Positions 56,853 through 64,000 of a stretch of DNA of 64,000 nucleotides are shown piece after piece. A program made the translations under genes and the position numbers. Numbering within the stretch: the first letter of the stretch is position 1; every line of letters begins with the position of its first letter. The stretch spans positions 915 to 64,914 of IMG/VR virus record IMGVR_UViG_3300049856_000084; one strand, 5' to 3'. Source of the DNA: a virus. Taxonomy: Duplodnaviria > Caudoviricetes. The notes under the pieces were generated by a model. The model made no database searches, was not told the DNA's origin, and worked only from the letters and a program-made list of their open reading frames with translations.

Positions 56853-57733
56853 TGCCGCTTCCCTTAATTTGCCCTACGCAAAGCACGCCACCAAGCACAG
56901 ACGCCCCAGTCTTTCAGAGCATCTGGTGGTTGTTTTTCAACCGGATTACTGACTGGATCAACAGCTCTGCTCGTGCGTTTGTTGGGCTGCACTCTAGCCG
57001 CTTGAATGACTTCGACCCTACTACCTTCCCCAAGGGGACTACGTTCTATGAAACCGATCGGACGGTAACCTATTCGGTGGTTCCAGTGAACGGTGTGAAC
57101 GTGTGGCGTTGGACATCTGGCACATATTCGGTTGCAAGCCTTGCGGTACTTCCAACGGGCTTAGGAGTCAATGATACTGGGCTGCTGGCCTACGACCAAG
57201 CATTGATGCACTTGTACCAGTGGACGGGCACAGTCTGGCAATTTGGGCCGGGTGATCCAGGTGCAAACTTCATTCAAGCTGGCAATCATGACACACTGGC
57301 ACCTTACGGTGGAGTTTGGCAGAAGTGCGATGGAACGGCTGGGGTTACGGTTAGCAAGGGTGATGGCACAACCGTGACACTGACGGCTCGCAATGTCTAC
57401 CAGTTGACTTTTGGAGTAGGTGACGGTGGCTGTTTCCTTGCGGCTGGCACGCCGGGGCGAGTTGGGCCGAGCCGACCATCTTGGGATACCTCGGTAACAG
57501 CGAAGACAGAAACTGAAAACGCGCACACTCACACAGTTGGTAGTGATTCGGCTGGGTCTGATGGTGCGGCTGTAACTGTAGGCGCTGAGGGCGCAACGGG
57601 AGCGGGAACGGCGCACGCTCATAACCTGACCGATACCAATGCGGTGTTGAAATTCCCAAGCGATGGCAACGATGCCTCAAATGGCGGTTCAATGCCAGAC
57701 CATTATCGTTTACACTGGTGGTTAAGGCGATGA
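56852..57733 (+). CDS. Tail needle/short fibre protein
   Basis: P...W.LFF N-terminus at the gp26 position; collar-like WQKCDG and HTH/HAH motifs. Confidence 0.6.
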   Translation: MPLPLICPTQSTPPSTDAPVFQSIWWLFFNRITDWINSSARAFVGLHSSRLNDFDPTTFPKGTTFYETDRTVTYSVVPVNGVNVWRWTSGTYSVASLAVLPTGLGVNDTGLLAYDQALMHLYQWTGTVWQFGPGDPGANFIQAGNHDTLAPYGGVWQKCDGTAGVTVSKGDGTTVTLTARNVYQLTFGVGDGGCFLAAGTPGRVGPSRPSWDTSVTAKTETENAHTHTVGSDSAGSDGAAVTVGAEGATGAGTAHAHNLTDTNAVLKFPSDGNDASNGGSMPDHYRLHWWLRR

Positions 57734-58179
57734 CAATACAGCAAATTACGGTCGAGCAGCTACCTGCATTGAGCGGATTAGCTGAATCGTTCTATAGCAG
57801 TTCGGCAGTGCTTTCCGCAGCCCCATTTCAACTTGAAAAGTTCGTTGAAATGTGGAGAGAGCTTATTGCGCTCGAAAGGGGGGTGATCTTTCTTTTGATG
57901 GATAGAGAACAACCGGTTGGGGCATTTGGTGGTATTTTGCATTTGGAGCAATACAGCGACAAGCCGATTGCTTCTGAGTTCTTTTGGTTTGTCCAAGAAG
58001 AAGCAAGGGGCAGGGGCATTCTCTTGATGCGCGAGTTTGAAAAATGGGCTAGGGAGCGTGGCGCTCGTGAGTTTAGAATGATCCACTTGGCCGATTCAAT
58101 GCCTGAACGCTTGAAGGATTTCTATTTAAGGGATGGCTTTCACGTCGTAGAGACTGCATATGCCAAGGAGTTAGTGTAA
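57730..58179 (+). CDS. GNAT-family acetyltransferase in the virion gene block
   Basis: ASEFFWFV..EARG.G..L...FE.WA...GA...FY.R.GF...E. Confidence 0.85.
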   Translation: MTIQQITVEQLPALSGLAESFYSSSAVLSAAPFQLEKFVEMWRELIALERGVIFLLMDREQPVGAFGGILHLEQYSDKPIASEFFWFVQEEARGRGILLMREFEKWARERGAREFRMIHLADSMPERLKDFYLRDGFHVVETAYAKELV

Positions 58180-59276
58180 TGGCGGCATTCACAACAGCGG
58201 CACTTTTGGGATCGGCTGCTATCAGCGGCGGTTCCAGCATACTTGGCGGATTGTTCGGGAGATCGGCAGCGAAGAAGGCAGCGGAAACCCAAGCCAAGGC
58301 GGCACAAGCGGCTGGCGACAAGGTTGGGGAAGCAGTACGAATCACAAACCCTGCCATCGCTGAAGCGGCTCGGAATGCCGGGGCTGATGTGGTTGGGCAG
58401 GCGAAGAATGCTGGTGCTGGGGTAGTCTCGGCAGCCGGGGAAGCAGGTAACTACGCAACCGACGCGGCGAACAATGCCAAGGCCGTAACGGGTGATGTTG
58501 CGCGGAAGACGGCGGCGGCATACAACCCTTACGCAGCACTTGGGGAACAGTCAGCGGATGTCATGAAGACTGGGCTTGCCGAAGGTGGCACGTTCAACAA
58601 AGCATTTACGGCCAATGACTTCATGTTGGACCCCGGATATCAGTTTCGGCTATCGCAAGGCATGAAGCTGCTTCAACAGAGAAATGGCGCACTTGGGGCG
58701 GCAACCGGCGGCGGTGCGGCCAAAGATTACATGAAGTTCAACAGCGATTTGGCATCACAGGAATTTGGAGCAGCCAATGATCGTTTCGAGAAAAACATTG
58801 CAGGGCGATTCGACCGTGAAAAGTTTGGTGTCAACACGGGTATGGATGCGGTCGGGAAGCAAAGTAATATTCTCAACGATGCGGCTCAGTTTGGCGAGAC
58901 GGGCCTCAAGAATGCCGCGCTTTACTCAGGCGATAAACTCTATGATGCCAAGAAAGTTGAAGGCAGTTTGAATACTAACGCGGCGATGTACTCAGGCGAT
59001 GCTGGGATGCACGCTGCGGACACCATTGCGGCCAATACCGTTGGGGGTGCGCGGACGGCAGCGGATTACCTGACGCAAGGGGCGAACGCGAAGGCCGCTG
59101 GAATCGTTGGCGGTAGCAATGCTCTATGGGGTGGCGTCAATAATGCTGTAGGCGGTGCAACGGGAGCACTGAGTCTCGCGGCTTATCTGAAAATGATGAG
59201 AGAGGGCGGAGGTACAGGGGAAATTAGTCAGCCGTGGAATAGGCCGTATCCAACTCCTGCTCAGGTGAGACCATAA
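58179..59276 (+). CDS. Ejection/DNA-transfer protein (gp7-like)
   Basis: Gly/Ala-rich hydrophobic N-terminus, AAKKAAETQ, DPGYQFRL.QG, LASQEF. Confidence 0.8.
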   Translation: MAAFTTAALLGSAAISGGSSILGGLFGRSAAKKAAETQAKAAQAAGDKVGEAVRITNPAIAEAARNAGADVVGQAKNAGAGVVSAAGEAGNYATDAANNAKAVTGDVARKTAAAYNPYAALGEQSADVMKTGLAEGGTFNKAFTANDFMLDPGYQFRLSQGMKLLQQRNGALGAATGGGAAKDYMKFNSDLASQEFGAANDRFEKNIAGRFDREKFGVNTGMDAVGKQSNILNDAAQFGETGLKNAALYSGDKLYDAKKVEGSLNTNAAMYSGDAGMHAADTIAANTVGGARTAADYLTQGANAKAAGIVGGSNALWGGVNNAVGGATGALSLAAYLKMMREGGGTGEISQPWNRPYPTPAQVRP

Positions 59277-59284
59277 GGGGAACT

Positions 59285-61057
59285 ATGCCAATCGACACTA
59301 GCTTTTACAGAACACAAGCACCTGCCCCAGTTCCCAGCCCAGTCGAGACATTCGGGAACGCGCTCTCTATTGGAAGCATGATCCAGCAGCAGAAACAACA
59401 CGGTAATGCGATGCAGTTGCAGGAGCAGCAGATTGAAGCGGCGAAGCGCGTGAACGCAGAGAAGGATCGTGATGTCGAATCAATGCACAACTTGCAAGGC
59501 ATCTACCAGCAGAATCAGGGAGATTTAACGAAGACGCTGAAGGATGCGGCTGTTAGTGGCAAGGTATTGCCGAATCATATTCAGCAATTAGAACAGCACG
59601 CAGCACAGTTGGTAGAGACTCGGGCAAAAACCAAGGCGCATGAGTTTGAACGCGACAAGTACAATAATGATTTGACCCTTGGGATCTTTGAGAACTTGAA
59701 GAATGTTTCACCTGACCAGTATGCGGCAGTGTTCCCCAGTGCGCGGCAGGAGTTTCTAAAGCTGCACCCCGATGCAAATGTTCCTGACTTCGTTCCGCAG
59801 GAGCAACTTGGACAATACGCACTGCCGTTTCAAACGATGGCAGGGATCAATGCACAGGCTGAAGAGAAGCGCAAGGCCGAGGAAGCAAAACAAAAGCTCC
59901 AAAATGAAGCAGCAACCCTTCTTCATACCCAAGCTGGCACAGAAAACCTGAAGGCTGAAACTCCTGGCAAGGTAGCAACTTCCGCTCAAACAGTACGAAC
60001 TACTGCTCTGGGAAGGATGGCTGGGTCGCAATCTCAGGCGGCTTGGACCCTGAACAGAAAAGCCGTCATTGCGGCCAGCCCTGATTTGGCAGCAGAAATC
60101 CCCGAAGAGTTTACGCCGCAAAATGCTAAAGCTGTAAACAATGCGGCACTCACAGCAGCCCAGCGCAGCAGCGACAGCAACAACCAGCCACCGAGCGTAT
60201 TGAGACTCGCTGAAATCATTGCTGATCCAAATTCCACGCAGGAGGAAGTTAGCAAAGCGAAGAAGATGCTGGAGATAGACACAGCGCAAAAAGTTGCAGC
60301 ACGCCCAATCAATCAAACCAATATTGCGGCGAATAACGCGAGTGGCGATGCTATTGACATGATGGCTCGTAGCATGATGGCTGGCGGATCTCCACCACGT
60401 AGTGCAGCTTTGCAGGTCAAGGCTTATGAGCGGATGGCCCAGATTGCCAAGGAATCCGGCATGGACGCAGAAGCTGCAATTGCCACCAAGAATGCAGCCA
60501 AGGCTAACTCGATGGCTCTCAATGCAGTGACGAAGCAATACGAGACATTGAAGCCGTTTGCTGATATGGCCGAGAAGAATGCCGATGTTCTCGAAAAGGC
60601 AATGAAGGGAGTTAATGACCTTGGCGTGCAATTCCTAAATACCCCAGTTCGAGCAATTGCCAAGCAATTTGGTGGGGAGAAAACATCGGCGTTCACTGCG
60701 GCCATTTTGCCAGTGCAGGCTGACTTTGCACGAATCCTGAACAGTCCCACTGGTGCTGGCGTATTAAGCGACCATGCACGAAAAGAAATGCAGGCAGCGG
60801 TACAACCCGGCGCTACCGTTGGGCAGATCAAGGCGGCAATGGATGTATTCAGAACCGATGCAAGGAATCGGCGTGAAGCATATAACGCTGAAATCAAGTC
60901 GTTGAAGGAGCGGAGTTCATTCAGTGGGGCGCAGCAGAATCAAACAGAACCAAGCGGCACAGTTCAGATGAAGCACCCACAAACTGGCAAGGTCGGGGCT
61001 GTCCCGGCAGACAAAGTAGCAGATGCCGAGAAGCATGGTTATAAGAGGGTCCAATAA
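59285..61057 (+). CDS. Ejection/DNA-transfer protein (gp20 position)
   Basis: MPIDTS start; Q/A/E-rich helical 590 aa after the gp7-like gene. Confidence 0.7.
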   Translation: MPIDTSFYRTQAPAPVPSPVETFGNALSIGSMIQQQKQHGNAMQLQEQQIEAAKRVNAEKDRDVESMHNLQGIYQQNQGDLTKTLKDAAVSGKVLPNHIQQLEQHAAQLVETRAKTKAHEFERDKYNNDLTLGIFENLKNVSPDQYAAVFPSARQEFLKLHPDANVPDFVPQEQLGQYALPFQTMAGINAQAEEKRKAEEAKQKLQNEAATLLHTQAGTENLKAETPGKVATSAQTVRTTALGRMAGSQSQAAWTLNRKAVIAASPDLAAEIPEEFTPQNAKAVNNAALTAAQRSSDSNNQPPSVLRLAEIIADPNSTQEEVSKAKKMLEIDTAQKVAARPINQTNIAANNASGDAIDMMARSMMAGGSPPRSAALQVKAYERMAQIAKESGMDAEAAIATKNAAKANSMALNAVTKQYETLKPFADMAEKNADVLEKAMKGVNDLGVQFLNTPVRAIAKQFGGEKTSAFTAAILPVQADFARILNSPTGAGVLSDHARKEMQAAVQPGATVGQIKAAMDVFRTDARNRREAYNAEIKSLKERSSFSGAQQNQTEPSGTVQMKHPQTGKVGAVPADKVADAEKHGYKRVQ

Positions 61058-64000
61058 TGGCCGAAGTGCCAAACTTCTTTGTTGAAAAATCCGATACCGT
61101 TCCTGACTTCTTCGTTGGATCGTCCGAGAAGAAAGAGAATCCGCGTGGTTTTGTCGAAGGACTTAAAGATTCGACTACCCGTGCATTCACGTCATTGTCA
61201 GGGATCGACGATTTCAATGAAAGCGGGTTTAAGGGGTTGCTTCAGTTTGCGGCCAAAGGTGGACCAGCAGGGAAGGCAGCGCACGGAATTCTTCAAGGGC
61301 ACATAGATCAAGCTAAGAAGGCGAAAGAAGCCGCAAGCCGTGGAAGCTATGTTGAAGCGGCTGGCCGCGCAGGGATGGCTGCTATTCCAATATTCGGACC
61401 GATGGCGGGTCAGTTTGTTGATACCGCTGTTGGGACTACACCACAAGATAGCCGTGGCAACGTGAATCCCGATGCGGCGGAAGGCGACTTACCACGTGCA
61501 TTGGGGCAACTTGCGCCAATCGTTGCTGGGGCTGGCGCTGCGAAGTTTGTGAAGGCATACCCCAATGCTCTGCCAGCGGCTCGGGCTGCGGGTGGCGATG
61601 TGGCCGCAGGGCTGAAGGCAACACCAAGAGGCTTGTGGGATGGTATAACACAGCCAGTGCCGACAGGGGCGGTTGGAGTAGATATTGGGTTAGAAGGATT
61701 AGGCCATGCGGCTGGACTCCCGCCAGGGGCTGTAACAGGCTCGCTTGCAGTTGCGCGCGGAGTGCCAAGTGCTGCAAGGGCATTCTTGGACGCATTCGCC
61801 AAGAACAAGGCCAAAAGAGCACCACAACCGCCGCCGATTCCCGCACAACCACCAGCATTGCCAGTTGAGGCAGTAGCCGTTCAGCCGGAAGTGGTAATTC
61901 CGCCGCCATCCATCAGAACTGGCAAGCCAGATACGACGGGCTGGCACCCGGTGGGGCAAGCTCCACCGATCAAGGTATTCACCAAGTCGGAGATTCAGCA
62001 GATGCCACCGAAGCAGGCATATGCTACTACTCTGGCCCAAGAGGCTATGGACCCTGCAGAGGTTCAAGCGGCTTTAGAACGGCGAATCGCGGATGCTGAA
62101 TTCAAAGCTAATGTTCAATCGCAAGGCGAGGGGCTGATAGAACAAGGCCGTAGCGGCCCTGTTGCGCCTCCAGTTGAACAAGTACCGACTTCAGCGCCAG
62201 TGGTTGAACCGCCATCAATCCCTAAGCAGCCTAAGCCTACCGAGCCAATAGTAACGCCGCAGCCTGAAGCGCCGGTAGCCGCTGAGGCACATCCAGCAGG
62301 TGGACCAAATAATTGGGGAAAAGAGATTGACGATTATTATCGCAGTATCGGGAAGCCCACAACCGCTGAACTGATGGAGATTATAAAGGCCAAAAAGGCC
62401 AATCGGGCAGCCGAAGCTCCTCCCTCCGCTGTACCAGTGCCTGAACCCGCACCAGCGGTGGTGGCGGAGCCAGTAGTAAAGGCGAATCCGAATAACCCCG
62501 CCGATATCCCAGAGGCATGGCGAGGCAATGGCGAACTACCAGCGGAACAGGTACAGAAGGCACGCCAGCAAGAATTGAAGGGCAAGCTGGCAAAGAGTGA
62601 CAACCAAGATCCACGGGCGAAGGCACTATTGGAGTATTTGGATAAGAACAATTACGATCTTGAGAAGGTTGCAAAGATCAAGCCCGGCTCTCCTGAATGG
62701 GAGCATTTCGCCCGTGAAGCTGGGCTTGCCGATTTGAAGAAAATCCATACGAAAGTAGAGCTAAAAAAGCTGGATGTTTCACCAGATACCATCGACAAAA
62801 TGTTCCTGCTCGATGCTGAACGCCGCACTCCACCAAAGGGCATGTTCAACCCTCATCCTGGGATGCCAAAGCCATGGAATAAGATGGATCTGACCGAAGA
62901 GGGATTGACACCAATCGAACCCGGTGTTATAAATGAAGCCAGTGGAATCGAATCAACCAAAGCTGGAACTAACGAAAGCCCAAGTGTTCCTAAACAGGCT
63001 CCATCAGTCCCTGGAATTGTGGGGCAAGAAACAGCAATCCGAGTCCCCGGCTCCCCCCAAAAGTACCCCGCACGTTATGAAGTCGCAGAATTAGGCGACG
63101 TTCAAAGCTCTCACAACGGACAGACCTTCCAGCCAAATCCAAAGTATGGCCTCAAGAATGACCGCAACTATGACAACTCGCAGAATCAGGCGAAGATAGT
63201 TCAGTGGTCTACGAAGGCTGAGTTTGATCCAGCCTATCACGTCACAGATGCGCCTGACGCACTGAACGGCCCTATCGTTGTCGATTACGCAGGGAATGCG
63301 CTCGGAGGCAATGGCCGTCGCATGATCTTGGATCGCGTATACAAATCTGGTGGCGGGAAAACATATCGCGATATGTTAGAGGCGAAAGCCCAGCAATTCG
63401 GTATCAACCCCGAAAGCTTCAAAAACATGAAAGAGCCTGTCTTGGTTCGCAGAATCGATGAACAGGCGATTATTGATGCTGGTGGATCTGGCAGGGCCAT
63501 AACCGATTTCAACGTAAATGGAACTGCTGATTTAACTCCGGCTGAAAGGGTAATAGCTGATTCTCGCCGGGTATCTGCATCCACATTTGATGATGTCGCC
63601 CGTCGTCTTTCCTCCCATGGCGAAGATGCGACTTTAGCTAAAGTACTAGAAGGCAATTCGGGCAGAGAAGTATTAAAGAAATTGATTGATGATGGAGTAG
63701 TTTCAACACAGGAACAGGCTTCATTGGTGGATCAGTCCGGCCTAACCAAGGCAGGCAAGGACAGGATTTCCGGTTTGATGATGGGGCGATTCTTCAGCGA
63801 TCCCGCACAGATAAATTCCATCCCAGCATCACTTCGTAGCAAGATCGAACATATTTCAGCGCCACTCGTAAAGGCTGAATCGCATTCAGGATGGAGCATT
63901 ACGCCGGACGTTTCCGATGCGATTGAACTAATTGAAAACGCTCGGGCGCATGGGTCTAAAAATCTGTCTGATTTCGTTAAGCAAGAAGGTCTATTTGGAG
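61057..64000 (+). CDS. Large injected polyvalent protein with ddrB-like ParB domain (3' truncated)
   Basis: TAATG overlap, frame appears open to window end; Y.V.EL.DV..SH....PNP.Y....DRNY...GPIV......GGNGR.M at about 63060-63340. Confidence 0.75.
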   Translation, partial: MAEVPNFFVEKSDTVPDFFVGSSEKKENPRGFVEGLKDSTTRAFTSLSGIDDFNESGFKGLLQFAAKGGPAGKAAHGILQGHIDQAKKAKEAASRGSYVEAAGRAGMAAIPIFGPMAGQFVDTAVGTTPQDSRGNVNPDAAEGDLPRALGQLAPIVAGAGAAKFVKAYPNALPAARAAGGDVAAGLKATPRGLWDGITQPVPTGAVGVDIGLEGLGHAAGLPPGAVTGSLAVARGVPSAARAFLDAFAKNKAKRAPQPPPIPAQPPALPVEAVAVQPEVVIPPPSIRTGKPDTTGWHPVGQAPPIKVFTKSEIQQMPPKQAYATTLAQEAMDPAEVQAALERRIADAEFKANVQSQGEGLIEQGRSGPVAPPVEQVPTSAPVVEPPSIPKQPKPTEPIVTPQPEAPVAAEAHPAGGPNNWGKEIDDYYRSIGKPTTAELMEIIKAKKANRAAEAPPSAVPVPEPAPAVVAEPVVKANPNNPADIPEAWRGNGELPAEQVQKARQQELKGKLAKSDNQDPRAKALLEYLDKNNYDLEKVAKIKPGSPEWEHFAREAGLADLKKIHTKVELKKLDVSPDTIDKMFLLDAERRTPPKGMFNPHPGMPKPWNKMDLTEEGLTPIEPGVINEASGIESTKAGTNESPSVPKQAPSVPGIVGQETAIRVPGSPQKYPARYEVAELGDVQSSHNGQTFQPNPKYGLKNDRNYDNSQNQAKIVQWSTKAEFDPAYHVTDAPDALNGPIVVDYAGNALGGNGRRMILDRVYKSGGGKTYRDMLEAKAQQFGINPESFKNMKEPVLVRRIDEQAIIDAGGSGRAITDFNVNGTADLTPAERVIADSRRVSASTFDDVARRLSSHGEDATLAKVLEGNSGREVLKKLIDDGVVSTQEQASLVDQSGLTKAGKDRISGLMMGRFFSDPAQINSIPASLRSKIEHISAPLVKAESHSGWSITPDVSDAIELIENARAHGSKNLSDFVKQEGLFG

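Noticed and set aside
59756-60631. 291-aa minus-strand ORF
   Set aside because: Antisense shadow of the ejection protein, with no RBS or recognisable motifs
61079-63656. Short ORFs listed in the track for the last 3 kb
   Set aside because: All overlap the single long plus-strand frame starting at 61057
1-64000. Stop-codon reassignment
   Set aside because: Core genes are intact in the standard code and end with TAA, TAG and TGA; the one split gene needs a frame change, not read-through

Overview
The whole window is part of a >64 kb tailed-phage (or prophage) genome with P22-like podovirus architecture. Left to right: the 3' end of a tail fibre gene and a lysis cassette (GH19 endolysin, holin candidate, membrane-anchored PAS protein); about 38 kb of short early/middle genes in alternating transcription units (two HNH nucleases, a Tad1-like immune-signal sponge, VRR-NUC nuclease, Gp157, RecT-like annealase, RHH/XRE regulators, iteron-containing replication initiator); then terS, a signal-peptide beta-helix spike, terL, portal, scaffold, coat, two tandem adaptor paralogs, gp10-like hub, GNAT and ejection proteins, ending inside a large ddrB-ParB-type protein. 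No integrase or CRISPR array is visible. An Acidobacteriota host is a weak guess from signal-peptide style and one multi-pass membrane protein. The most striking feature is a 199-nt RNA gene at 19941-20139: a complete class II tRNA (Leu-like body, Ala AGC anticodon) nested inside an outer CCA-ending tRNA-like scaffold that carries the G3:U70/A73 alanine identity. Other leads: two promoter-driven structured ncRNA candidates, a secreted CxxCH peptide near a multi-pass membrane protein, Tat-signal fusions to coat-protein fragments, Sec signal peptides on virion-type proteins, and an array of leaderless one-gene promoter cassettes. All family assignments come from motif recognition by eye and memory, not database searches; RNA structures were paired by hand.
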